Virus record (IMG/VR): IMGVR_UViG_3300020439_001801
Source: an uncultured virus (IMG/VR IMGVR_UViG_3300020439_001801)
Taxonomy: Duplodnaviria > Heunggongvirae > Uroviricota > Caudoviricetes
DNA: 59,664 nucleotides
Strand: one strand, 5' to 3'
Shown here: piece by piece, positions 21,601 through 30,050 of the stretch
Position numbering within the stretch: position 1 is the stretch's first letter
Layout: each line of letters starts with the position of its first letter
The notes under the pieces: generated by a model
Database searches by the model: none
What the model saw: the letters and a program-made list of their open reading frames with translations, nothing else
What the model was told of the DNA's origin: nothing
Translations under genes and position numbers: made by a program

Positions 21601-21685
21601 AAAATGATGACTTTTTCTTTTTTGAACTAGTCCCATAGCTCGAAGCTAAACTCCCAAATCTACTTTTTCCTCTTCTTCCAAACAT
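15674..21685 (-). CDS. Very large structural (baseplate wedge-like) protein with LamG-like domain and basic disordered N-terminus
   Basis: 2003 aa; LLKHKGTRRG baseplate-type motif; FTGSLDEVRIW LamG-like motif; K/R/P/S-rich first ~250 aa. Confidence 0.65.
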   Translation of the reverse strand: MFGRRGKSRFGSLASSYGTSSKKKKSSFFGGTKNLNNQVRAGLSSIKTQTNYTSPAASSFNIKKSAQATPSAFNRNPFSPIPKQIIPRKQPSFTPPSPPAAEPPKSQPKVVKRQTPPATNVIKRSPARQTPPATQNLMPRGASMTTSNSNPNLARFGDRGFEDVMTYSPPPKKNVKVRGVVRSQPARADLTNRQDSRIPVGDSRPANENIRPMAEILQDVADRARVRDLENQGLSAAELRNTRGVIENRIVQNVREGRDPGAGIRERDLALAGEELRDARGNRYTSGVVKFDRGQQILPKVVPVGSDVLTVSVKTKPGNCEVLVNGLPQGLTKLTPTILTFTAKETIGAGKSITVRRNGYRSNESYRVVGRIEQKTTVIEKKVLDDSIDDFSIGPGREFDDDSRRNRDEFGERFRNYTRAGDLLAGEGFGFNRFADEPRPKPSPRRPKYKTIKQRITKEKFVFDFLHYVDGKLENSENNQTTLFKTAFFDLVANSTGGNDEDEQDDNSTTIDDGPPKKKVPELLVLTTDGSNDDGTELTQGYSAVITQGDGVKRINSNTFKGRAGTSFSITIRAAAPDRYRIKYFDVLKGQIVDEDSKGFERVNAQELNLDVGIPITVLIKYEKVVPILIPSVTISPSSFKYNLAKPQKLNLGYDSENCDKVTFKLNKTNLTDTDEAGVFTISNSMFNSGVGQYVGYVCPYNEGYGDGVPQKFTINVVNEVAVKTPDIVNISYPELLKGADFKGYDVDFTVSYQSVNTNFVNLYLGDKSKPYGKFAPTQSVNFNVQSVLKKLGTKLKEDEDEVKFTILLQPHNTSTKKEVVGKLESIEITFVKSDIDLPREDVVDQICDAFDLNLNLFEDETSKYLTHLAHFGDGENKLIANWDTDDVTFRNFKYDELRDKFVPEYVKGGFNSLVLKMYEPLGKEIQPNQELWISKIITQPIIDEVSIVDDSEEYCVPLKGPNFGINECGSPADTGFELIDELVASGSQSSAKLIDTFVSSSGVNTQKLNIEYVSSSYDFIETEYGYSVDGTVNEEYRFDNFVHFGSAEERARNYFYKLSLLETYQNGISTIESSSGDATTSLSLLREKESLQKKINDVKANFDGFEHFLTDSTSSLAFPKESDGVSLQSTGSTEAVAWYNTLLVSSSAYDRDNIDYLPNNIPQYIKNDDEQTDFIMFLDMIGHHFDILWAYITALKKNIKVEEKQRVGISDDMLKHILKNYSWIPHSSQSTKKLWEYVLGYRDSKKTSKLIKSGKEYENTIWRRILNNLPYLLKHKGTRRGLSAVLSTYGIPSSLLTIMEFGGPRQEESQTSTFTFDDRTSAVQMPNDTDNSKVLVDWKLENGVSSSHAVEVRFKTNNQHTQSLVTNEPYWNVKLEHQHGAIGRLNFSSSFGEIVTTSGSLFNNEFTQFVINVNHHSSSENGTSESIELVAMQDFQSRIRLAMSSSTEFTSSINTFFSGSQLAFGDGFTGSLDEVRIWSSSLSSSVIVDHTLFPEKINGNHISSSTEDLMLRLDFEKPKNLNVSSSIPNVAPDTGSNGTIRYASAATGSGFSDNTTYPYHYEVYDRTVTAKVPSMGFGPADKFRFESASLVQNLSYKQRATKKAFDTAPLDSNQLGIFLSPTKELNMDIIKSLPDFSIDDYIGHAGDQYKDDYPDLLELRKYVFGRYTLNIYEYINIIKYIDKSLFETIKQMIPARVKVMDGLLIEPHFLERNKERRREPVAELMESKEGVEDISRGSVIGITSSVSQEDAYLDLSDTIEFEETIPSFDTLIDETKLEEINVDINNYDGIISDTQITELSSSLVNMESIIDDASVSQSEQIESDVFNSDIIGLDPDGISRAGFGIVASNGFTVRTTRDAFNNYKKEKLRVWVVKKEKKLKQKVQLNPLDSSLGTIVSESVVRTKTIVSFTSPSGSLANTVGNVDTDGTVVQVTPLEGYLPTHYRNTSDLTTGMENLYFKGCKQTQATTLDGTPPVEVFTTNPNTLKVSDSGRGSGEPILEIE

Positions 21686-21694
21686 AATTATCTA

Positions 21695-23725
21695 TTATCC
21701 TCCATATCGTCTACCACTTCTCCTTCTTCCACCACGGCCACCTAACGGACTCCTACTAAAAGGAGATGGTGTTGGTGTTGTTGGTCTACCACCACTAAAT
21801 GGTACTCTTGCTCTACCTGAGCCTTGTGTCATTCTACTTCTACCAAATACTTTTCTTTTTCTTTGAGCAAATGAAATTCTTGGGTTTGATAAATTTTTCA
21901 AAATATCTGTCGGTGGTGTTTGTACCACTGGTGTTGATTTTGGTTTAGTAAAAATTGAACTTCTCCCTTTTCTTTTTGGTCTTGGCGGTGGTGATGATTT
22001 TGGCTTTGATGGTGGTTTTGGACTAAATGGATTTGTCTTAATAGTTGGAAATCCACCGAAACCAACTTTAGGTGTAATCCCACCTGGTCCAAATGGTAAT
22101 CTGTATCCTCTAGCTCCTCCAGCATCTCCTGTTGCGCCTGGTGCTCCTATATATTTTGGAAACTTTATTTTTGGAAAATTTAAGTTACCAAAACTTTTTT
22201 TAATATTTTTTTTGATTTCATCTTCATCAATCGCAAACTTAATTGGTGTATCCAATTTAATTGGAAATGGTATTTTAATGTTTTTAATTATATCTTTTTG
22301 TTCTTTTGTTAAATCAGGTCTTGGCTTTGGTTTTGGTTCTACAAATTTTGGTAAAGGGGTTATTATTTCACATAATTCTGTTTTTCTAATAATTACACCC
22401 TTAGATGGACTTGCTTTTACACTTCCTTCCTCAGCACATATTTTAGGAATTTTTCTTCCCATAGGTAGTGTAAATGAATTTACATCACCATTCATATCTT
22501 TATATTTAATTACAGTCGTTTTTCCTCTTCTTCCAAAACCACCAAATCCTCTTGTTTTGTAAAAAACATGATAAAAATAATATTTTTTTGGAGGTGTAGT
22601 TACTTTAATTGGTTTAGGGTCAGCTGGTTCTTCTATTGGTTTTACGGGTTGTGTTGTAACACTAGCCTTTACAACCTTTAATGGTTTAACAACTTTTACA
22701 TTTCTTGTTACCTTTGTATCCACTTTTTTAGATGTACCAAATGTTTGTAATATTGTATTTATCTTATCTCTACTTTCTAACTTTGTAATTGTTGGAGTAT
22801 TTTGTATTTGTAAATTTCTTTTTGGTAAATTAAATCTAATACTATCACAAATTATCTCCATAGATTTTTTTTGTAAAGTAGCAATATCCAATCTTTGAGT
22901 ATTTGGTTTTCTTCTTCTACCTCTTCTGTTTCTTCTTTTTCTATCACCAGGTCCTGATGTTAATTCATCTAACATTGGTTTCCCATAACCGGCGCTTCCA
23001 AATTTATATCCTCTATTACTAATAAAATACCCAATAGCTTGTTTTGCTTTTATAGTTACATCATTTATGAATCCATCAAAATCTTCTATTCTAAATTCTT
23101 TTTTTACATTGTTTATCCAATCTTGTCCATATAAAGCTCTAATTCTTCGTAGAACAACATTTGCATCAATTGCATCAATAAACCCATCTAATCTATTTAA
23201 AACATCATCTCTGAACTCTCCGTTCTCTAAAAGTATTTTGTATCTATCTCTTAAATCTTTTTGTAATATTTTATCTTCAGTTTTAAGTGGTAACACTCTT
23301 ACCTCAGTTCGTGATGGTGATATTTCGTGTATCCATACTTTGTTCTGAAAATGTTCACTACCTACTCTTTTGTTCAATAATGTAATTTGTGTTCTAAATA
23401 AACCATTTTTGTATCCAGCTTCATTTATAAGTTTTTCTACATCTACAAAAAACTCAGGTGCTTTATTTGAGGTAGCACCTCTAGCAATTAAGAGATAATT
23501 TCTGATATTATCTATTTCAGAAATATTGATGTATCTTACCATTTTTCCATTTTCACCTTGTGGTAATTGGTTATCTCCATTATCATAAAGAATAAATTCA
23601 ATAGTATCAGTTACACCTCTACCAAAGAAAGCAGGCATTCTTCCTCTTTCAAAGATTTTTCTATCTTTGATATCAATTCGCTTAGCTTCCTTTTGTAATA
23701 TTTCTTTAAAATCTTTAATTGCCAT
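21695..23725 (-). CDS. Putative structural protein with long basic Pro/Gly/Arg-rich C-terminus
   Basis: Globular-looking N-terminal half (EISPSRTEVRV); low-complexity tail; lies in the structural operon. Confidence 0.55.
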   Translation of the reverse strand: MAIKDFKEILQKEAKRIDIKDRKIFERGRMPAFFGRGVTDTIEFILYDNGDNQLPQGENGKMVRYINISEIDNIRNYLLIARGATSNKAPEFFVDVEKLINEAGYKNGLFRTQITLLNKRVGSEHFQNKVWIHEISPSRTEVRVLPLKTEDKILQKDLRDRYKILLENGEFRDDVLNRLDGFIDAIDANVVLRRIRALYGQDWINNVKKEFRIEDFDGFINDVTIKAKQAIGYFISNRGYKFGSAGYGKPMLDELTSGPGDRKRRNRRGRRRKPNTQRLDIATLQKKSMEIICDSIRFNLPKRNLQIQNTPTITKLESRDKINTILQTFGTSKKVDTKVTRNVKVVKPLKVVKASVTTQPVKPIEEPADPKPIKVTTPPKKYYFYHVFYKTRGFGGFGRRGKTTVIKYKDMNGDVNSFTLPMGRKIPKICAEEGSVKASPSKGVIIRKTELCEIITPLPKFVEPKPKPRPDLTKEQKDIIKNIKIPFPIKLDTPIKFAIDEDEIKKNIKKSFGNLNFPKIKFPKYIGAPGATGDAGGARGYRLPFGPGGITPKVGFGGFPTIKTNPFSPKPPSKPKSSPPPRPKRKGRSSIFTKPKSTPVVQTPPTDILKNLSNPRISFAQRKRKVFGRSRMTQGSGRARVPFSGGRPTTPTPSPFSRSPLGGRGGRRRSGRRYGG

Positions 23726-25100
23726 TTTTTGCTTCTAAATATTTTAATACTCTGTATCTTCGTTCACCACCAAAGTTATCATATACAAATTTACTTAATC
23801 CATGTCCAAATATGTTATGAATTAATTTTCCAACCCATATATGATTTTCTTTTACTTTTACTCCCATTTGGTCTGCCATCCATGCACACCAATATTTGGA
23901 AAGTGTATTATAAAATATATCAATTAATATATGGTTTGGATTTCTTCTCATCCATTCAACAATTGGTCTAGACCACATCATATAACCAACCACTAATCGT
24001 GGGTCTTTTTCAAACATCATATCACCCCATCTTTCATCTGCTATGTAATATTCAAATGGTAGATATCCTTGTCTAAATAGTTCTTCACAAATAATTTTCT
24101 TACCTTTGTGATTTCTATTTAATGCTTCAAATGATAAAGTTTCACTTCCAGCCTTTATAGTTAATTGACCTCTATAATCTTTATCTTTATCACCATTACT
24201 TGTTGCTTTACGTTTTGATACCAATATTATCTTTTTTTGTTCACCAGATTGAACTGTTACTGAACCCGGAGTTTGCAACCAAGATGCTGTATTTGTAAAA
24301 TTAAATGTTAAAGGTTCTTCGCTTGAGTTTAGTAGTATAAGCTCAGGTCCGTTTATCCATCCCTTACCACCTTTTGCTTTTTTAGTACTATAAAAATATA
24401 TATCTGGTTTATCATCTTCACCCTCCGGAGCGATTCTAGCAGTAAATACACCACCAGCAGATTCACCACCCGCTTGTAGTTGTGATTGTACACCAGCTAC
24501 TTGCGATTCTAATGCACTAACCTGATTTACTAAAGCTTCTTTTTGTGCAGTTAAACCTTCTACCTGCGCTTCTAACGAAACTCTCTCTATTGCTTCTGCT
24601 ACTGATTTCTGAATAGCTTGTTGTAAGTCAATAGAAGTTTGTGCAAATTTATCAGCTGATGCTTCTGCTGAGTTTTCTGCTACAGCTACCCTTAACAATG
24701 CCCCATCCAATTCTGCTCTCAATCCAGCTATCTGTGCTTCTAATTCTTGTATCTTAGATGCACCTGATGCTAATTGTGCTCTCAAATCAGCTATAATATC
24801 ATTTAATCTATTTACATCTCTCTGTAATGCATCATATTCTTCTTTTAAAACTACATCGGGTAAATCTTTTGGTTTAGATGGTATTAGTTCATCTACTTCA
24901 GTATCTATTGCTAATAGTAGTTGTTCTTCATCATACTTTGGTCTACGAAGTTTACCGCTAATTTCACCATCCATAGAACCATTCGATTCCTTCATCTGTT
25001 CAGCATAATAATTATGCCTTCCATATGGGTCAATGGATTTTATAGCTTTAGAACCACTTGAGTTTAGTTCTTCAATTCGTACTTCTTTTTCTAATGCCAT
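23715..25100 (-). CDS. Coiled-coil putative structural protein with C-terminal KIIC domain
   Basis: Heptad-rich aa ~85-210, beta-sandwich-like middle, GKKIICEELFRQG tail domain. Confidence 0.55.
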   Translation of the reverse strand: MALEKEVRIEELNSSGSKAIKSIDPYGRHNYYAEQMKESNGSMDGEISGKLRRPKYDEEQLLLAIDTEVDELIPSKPKDLPDVVLKEEYDALQRDVNRLNDIIADLRAQLASGASKIQELEAQIAGLRAELDGALLRVAVAENSAEASADKFAQTSIDLQQAIQKSVAEAIERVSLEAQVEGLTAQKEALVNQVSALESQVAGVQSQLQAGGESAGGVFTARIAPEGEDDKPDIYFYSTKKAKGGKGWINGPELILLNSSEEPLTFNFTNTASWLQTPGSVTVQSGEQKKIILVSKRKATSNGDKDKDYRGQLTIKAGSETLSFEALNRNHKGKKIICEELFRQGYLPFEYYIADERWGDMMFEKDPRLVVGYMMWSRPIVEWMRRNPNHILIDIFYNTLSKYWCAWMADQMGVKVKENHIWVGKLIHNIFGHGLSKFVYDNFGGERRYRVLKYLEAKNGN

Positions 25101-26158
25101 TATTCAGTTACTTCAAATATATAATCATCATCAAAGTATTCAGATGAACCACTGCGTTCTATCTTTAACTCTACCTTATAACTTCTATTTACTTCAAAAT
25201 TTGTTGTATCTAAACTAATTCTACTTTTGTTTCCATAAGTACTTAATTTAGAATAATCACCGAAAGGAATAATGATATCATTACTTTCGTTATCTCTTAT
25301 TTGGTAGAAAGATGATGTTGGAAGTAAGCTGCCTGTGGAGTATCCAAATGTGTTTTGAAAAGTTTTTTGTGGATACAACTCTCTTGCGAATACCTCTATA
25401 TCGTATCTTCCACCGGCTTTATATGATTTTTTCAATCTCTTCAATGATACTTTGTATTCTTCTGGTAACGCTTGTAGTGAACCAGTTTCATATCTACTAT
25501 CATCCCAACCGATTCTAATCTTTGGTTGATATATTGTATGTGTTTCTTTACTAAAGAATTTTAATTGTCCATAATCAATATCATTGTTTTCTTTTTGTGA
25601 TTCGTGCTTTATAATAAATCCTTCATTTGGATATCCATCATCTAACCAAAATGAAAGTGATGAAGATACATCAACAACTAAATCTGTTGATTCATAATCA
25701 TATGAACGAGTAGCTTGGGATGCGGTGTACCACATACCACCCTTACCATCATACGAACCAGTTGCACTACCACTACTTGGTACATTGGTTGGTAACCAAT
25801 TAGAACCACTATCTCTGTAATTCCAAGTTACACCACTTGTTGATATATCATCAAATCGAGTACCATTACCCATTTCCCAACTTTGTGAAACAGGATTTAT
25901 TTCTAACGAATATGATAGAGGAATTTCTGTTGGTTCTGTTTCTCTAAGTACTAACTCAGCAACACTCATAGTTACACTACCATCAGAAAGTTTTGTTGAA
26001 AGAGAATCTGTATCAAATTTTATTAAACTTCTAGCTGTATCTTTAAGTGAACCATAATAAACCTTAGACACTTCTAATATTTCATCCAACCCAGTATTTT
26101 GAGTTGGTTGTTGAAGAAATATACTAGCGTCTTTAGATGCGGTTAAAAAATAATACAT
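25100..26158 (-). CDS. Putative structural protein (DNRLRE-like beta-sandwich)
   Basis: KDASI...NTG.DEIL...RSLIKFD...W.MG.G...W...DV...W...NEGFIIK...F.SKE...PKI pattern. Confidence 0.55.
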   Translation of the reverse strand: MYYFLTASKDASIFLQQPTQNTGLDEILEVSKVYYGSLKDTARSLIKFDTDSLSTKLSDGSVTMSVAELVLRETEPTEIPLSYSLEINPVSQSWEMGNGTRFDDISTSGVTWNYRDSGSNWLPTNVPSSGSATGSYDGKGGMWYTASQATRSYDYESTDLVVDVSSSLSFWLDDGYPNEGFIIKHESQKENNDIDYGQLKFFSKETHTIYQPKIRIGWDDSRYETGSLQALPEEYKVSLKRLKKSYKAGGRYDIEVFARELYPQKTFQNTFGYSTGSLLPTSSFYQIRDNESNDIIIPFGDYSKLSTYGNKSRISLDTTNFEVNRSYKVELKIERSGSSEYFDDDYIFEVTE

Positions 26159-28209
26159 TATACAACTCTCCCTCTTATATCCCTATCAGGATATTTAAAT
26201 TCAAATATCGATGGGTCTAACGATGGATAAATTTGTTTATTCTTCGTTGCTCCAGTGATATCATATGCGTTTGGTGAATAACCTGAAGTACCTCCACATA
26301 AGTTTTTAAACTCTGTTTTAACTACGGATTGTACTCCCTCTATATTTCCTATTAACATTTCAACTTCACCAATATTGATTGGCATATTGAATGTCCATTT
26401 ATCTATTTCAAAATATTCTTTAAGAGCCGTAATACAATTTGTTAATACTTCTCTTTTATTATAATCTCTGTAAACTCTGATTTCAAAATCTAAACCAATG
26501 TTTATAATAAATCCATCTAAAAGATTTACACCATCAGTTAACATTCTAAACTCATTCATATATGTTTTTAAATTCTCCTTTACTGCTCTGTTAAGAGAAG
26601 TTAATTTTTTATTAGAATCATATCCTAAAACATATAAGTTTACTGCAAATGGATTATTCTTTTCTTTTATATTTGATTTTTTATTTGATAAGAATTTAGA
26701 AACTTGTTCTTTAATTTGCTTATCAGTATTCTTACCATCAGCTTGTAAATCTTGCACCAACTTAGAAAATTCATTCAATGCGGTTGGTGAAGCAAGTATA
26801 GAAGATGGTGAGTTGTCATCTAATTGGCCATCTGCTGCACAAAATGCCTTTGTAATGTTACCAAACTTAGGTGGCATTGATAATGCTCTAACTTGATAAT
26901 CTTTTGATGTTACTGCTCTGTTTTGTGAACCAAAGTTAGCTATAGCATTTTCTCTAATTTCTTCTAATGTTTCTGCCCCTCTACCACCAGTTGCTGGTTG
27001 TTCGTTATCTACTGCTAATGAATTTTTTACAGTAGAATAAAGGTTTCTAGCTCCATCATCGAATGCTGATAAATCTTCATCAAACTCAACTTTAGTAATT
27101 CTTTGTATTTTGTTTTGACCAACATTTGATTCTACACCACCACCAACTAAATATTTTACAGTCATTACAGTATTCTTTGGTGATTGCCCATATGATTTAG
27201 TAAGTAGGAAGTTCGATGGGTCAAATGATGCTCCTAACTTATCTATTGAGTTATTTAATCCCAAACCAACGTTTTTAAATGTAGGAATTAATAGTTCATC
27301 ATTTTTACCACCATCACCACTACCAAATTGAATTGTAGTTGTACCATTTGGATTTGTAACTACTTTATATCTTCGTGGAGTTTTTATAAGTTTTAAAATA
27401 GATGCTACTGAATCTCTAAATTGAAACAAATCTTTATCCTGTCCTTCGGTATTTGAATACTCCACATAAACCATTTCTTGTCCTAAGTATGGTACTTTAT
27501 AATATCTGTTGTTATTAGCATCTCTAACATCGTAGATATCTATTATATTTGTATCAGGTATATCTATTCTTGCATATTCTTCTTGAGATGAACCAAATGT
27601 AATTTCTATTTGTTTTTCCGTAGCTGATATTACATCAACGTATTTTTTTACTAAATAAAATTTAGGATTATTAGTATCTATATCTCTTTCATATACGGTT
27701 ATCTCTCTATCTTCTGCATCCGCAAAATCTAATAATTCTGTTGTTCTGAATTGTACACCATCAGCATCCAACTCCATACCCTCTTTTACTCTTAGATAAT
27801 AATCAGTATCAGGTTCAAATGCTAAATCACCCGATGAGATTGGATTAGTTAATCTTCTTGATGGTATCAATTGGAATACACTTAGTTTGGTTGTGGCTGG
27901 TGAAGTTACTTTGGCTCTGTAACCCATCATCTTAGATAACTCAAATATATTTTCTCTATCTTCAGCAGTAGTCAGTAATGATTCTTTTAATGTATCATCT
28001 ATGTAATATCCTAATACATCACCAATATATGATGCCATCTCAATGAACATCATACCTGGAGATGATTCATTAAAATCATTATACGTTGTTGGGAAGTAAG
28101 TTTTAGCAAATTCGATTAGGTTAGTTCTAAAATCTACAAAATCTTTATTAAGATATTTGATATCCCTACCCTTATCCTTAAAACTTTTTATTTGATTATT
28201 TAATGCCAT
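26158..28209 (-). CDS. Baseplate wedge subunit (T4 gp6 / baseplate J-like)
   Basis: YLNKDF, DFNESSPGMMFIE, IQFGSG, GGRGAETLEEIR, QNRAVTSKDY. Confidence 0.85.
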   Translation of the reverse strand: MALNNQIKSFKDKGRDIKYLNKDFVDFRTNLIEFAKTYFPTTYNDFNESSPGMMFIEMASYIGDVLGYYIDDTLKESLLTTAEDRENIFELSKMMGYRAKVTSPATTKLSVFQLIPSRRLTNPISSGDLAFEPDTDYYLRVKEGMELDADGVQFRTTELLDFADAEDREITVYERDIDTNNPKFYLVKKYVDVISATEKQIEITFGSSQEEYARIDIPDTNIIDIYDVRDANNNRYYKVPYLGQEMVYVEYSNTEGQDKDLFQFRDSVASILKLIKTPRRYKVVTNPNGTTTIQFGSGDGGKNDELLIPTFKNVGLGLNNSIDKLGASFDPSNFLLTKSYGQSPKNTVMTVKYLVGGGVESNVGQNKIQRITKVEFDEDLSAFDDGARNLYSTVKNSLAVDNEQPATGGRGAETLEEIRENAIANFGSQNRAVTSKDYQVRALSMPPKFGNITKAFCAADGQLDDNSPSSILASPTALNEFSKLVQDLQADGKNTDKQIKEQVSKFLSNKKSNIKEKNNPFAVNLYVLGYDSNKKLTSLNRAVKENLKTYMNEFRMLTDGVNLLDGFIINIGLDFEIRVYRDYNKREVLTNCITALKEYFEIDKWTFNMPINIGEVEMLIGNIEGVQSVVKTEFKNLCGGTSGYSPNAYDITGATKNKQIYPSLDPSIFEFKYPDRDIRGRVV

Positions 28210-28210
28210 A

Positions 28211-28642
28211 TTATTCCTCTACCAAAAATGTTAGTGTATCTAACGTTTGGTCTCCTTCTTGTCTAAACTTCAAAGATACTTTAGCTTGATTATTATCAGT
28301 CATCTCTTTACTTATATCAATGTTAATATCTTCTACTATAACATAAGGTAACCACTTAGCTACTGCACCATTAATAGTGTTTTCCAAATCCTCTTCAAAT
28401 TTCTCTGTTGCAGGATTGAACAACAAATCATGTAACCCACTTCCAAAGTCTGGTTGAAATATTCTTTCTCCTCTTTTGGTAAGTAATAAATTTTTTAAGT
28501 TGGAACGGACTTGGTCGAATGTTCTAAAAGATTGTCTGAAGTATCCTTCATCTCCCTTTTGTATTGGTAGAGTAATACCTACTGCGTAGTTGTTAAACTC
28601 CTCAGTATCAATTACAATCTTTTTATTCAACTCATAAGCCAT
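28211..28642 (-). CDS. Baseplate wedge / sheath initiator (T4 gp25-like)
   Basis: NLKNLLLTKRGERIFQPDFGS..LLF...WLPYV. Confidence 0.9.
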   Translation of the reverse strand: MAYELNKKIVIDTEEFNNYAVGITLPIQKGDEGYFRQSFRTFDQVRSNLKNLLLTKRGERIFQPDFGSGLHDLLFNPATEKFEEDLENTINGAVAKWLPYVIVEDINIDISKEMTDNNQAKVSLKFRQEGDQTLDTLTFLVEE

Positions 28643-28643
28643 T

Positions 28644-29201
28644 TTATGCTCCTACTCCTCTTTTTCTAGTCATCGCTTTTACAAGCTCTGAATTATCTCT
28701 GTTAAGAATCTTATCTAAACCAGGCACACCAGTCTGTACTCCTAAACCTTGTGGTTGTGGTGCTGATTGTTGTCCCATTGGTTGTAATCCCATCTTTTGA
28801 GCCATTTCTTCTCTAAAAGATTGGATACCACTTTGTCCTACAGGTGTTCCTCCACCAGCAGCCATAACATTGTGTGTTCCAAATGTAACTGTTTTATCCA
28901 TTGTATCAGTAACACCACTCTGAAGAGTTTCGTTTAGTACTTGGTTTAACATAGGGTTCTTAGTATATGTTTGATTCTCAACAACTGGTTGAGATTCTTT
29001 TCTATCTTCTTCTAATACTGCATTAGCTAATGAAAACGGGTCTACTTCTTCTGTTTTATTAGAAGTAATAGTTTTCATTCTTGCTTTTACTGCTTCATCT
29101 AAAATCTTAGGAAAAGTTTTCTTTAGAAAAACTTCTTGTCTTTTAGATACCTCAGCTTCTACTAACGCTTTGATTACTTTTACTAATTTTTTCGAATCCA
29201 T
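28644..29201 (-). CDS. Hypothetical protein
   Basis: 185 aa ORF with the late motif upstream; abuts the gp25-like gene. Confidence 0.6.
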   Translation of the reverse strand: MDSKKLVKVIKALVEAEVSKRQEVFLKKTFPKILDEAVKARMKTITSNKTEEVDPFSLANAVLEEDRKESQPVVENQTYTKNPMLNQVLNETLQSGVTDTMDKTVTFGTHNVMAAGGGTPVGQSGIQSFREEMAQKMGLQPMGQQSAPQPQGLGVQTGVPGLDKILNRDNSELVKAMTRKRGVGA

Positions 29202-29219
29202 AATTGTTTTCTGTTTTAA

Positions 29220-29227
29220 TATAAATA
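29220..29227 (-). promoter_or_regulatory. Putative late promoter motif TATTTATA
   Basis: Intergenic, upstream of ATG 29201. Confidence 0.55.
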
Positions 29228-29248
29228 TACACTAATAATATTTTAGTC

Positions 29249-30049
29249 TTAGAATGGGATGTTCCAACACCTTTGTCCATTCTTTTCTGGGTTTTGTGCT
29301 ATATAATACTTACCACCTGATTCAATCACATCACCACTATTATAAATTTCATTTGCTCTAAATTTCTTTATATTTTTCATTGGAGGCTCTTCTGTACCTA
29401 CAAATTGCCAATCCGAATTTGCATCAGTATTTCCACCATCATCATCACTATCATCAGATGGTAATCTACCACCCGGTATGATATAAGCACTCCAATTAAT
29501 TATACCAGGACCAGGTATTGGTGAAGGTGCCGATGGGTATAAAGATGTTGTATAAATCATTCCCTTTAATGTTAATAAATGTATTTGTGCTGATAGTACA
29601 AATATATCAATAAAAAAATTTGATGATAATACCGCTGGTAGGGGGATTGGTACAGGCCAAGTGCCAGGACTTATACAAATATTTTGAGTTACCACAATAT
29701 TTTGTATTGAACCAGGAGCTGGTATTGGTGGTATTGGAAACGGATTCATTGTTGCACCAGCCCAATAAGCTTTTACCGCTGGACCTAAATTTTTTATTAT
29801 TGGAGATGTTGGTGGTGGAAATGCTGGTTGTTGTATTGCAAAACATTGTAGTAGAGCAACCTTTACCAGTTGTTCCATTAAAGATACATTTCCTTTTTGG
29901 ATTGTACATAAGTTGATACCTTGAATACCCCTACGCATACACATATCATATTCAAATGTAAGTTTTTTAGCAAAGGCATCTAATGTAGCTACTCCAATAG
30001 GATTAGCCATATACCTTTTCATATTTGACTTGAATATACCCCAACTCAT
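29249..30049 (-). CDS. Pro-rich hypothetical protein, probably spike/baseplate associated
   Basis: Directly downstream of the spike-like gene; short CBM5/12-like YNSGDVIESGGKYY at the C-terminus. Confidence 0.5.
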   Translation of the reverse strand: MSWGIFKSNMKRYMANPIGVATLDAFAKKLTFEYDMCMRRGIQGINLCTIQKGNVSLMEQLVKVALLQCFAIQQPAFPPPTSPIIKNLGPAVKAYWAGATMNPFPIPPIPAPGSIQNIVVTQNICISPGTWPVPIPLPAVLSSNFFIDIFVLSAQIHLLTLKGMIYTTSLYPSAPSPIPGPGIINWSAYIIPGGRLPSDDSDDDGGNTDANSDWQFVGTEEPPMKNIKKFRANEIYNSGDVIESGGKYYIAQNPEKNGQRCWNIPF

Positions 30050-30050
30050 T

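Noticed and set aside
29249..29330. Possible frameshift truncating a CBM-like C-terminus
   Set aside because: The ORF ends normally just before the next gene's late motif, with no slippery site or room for a longer product
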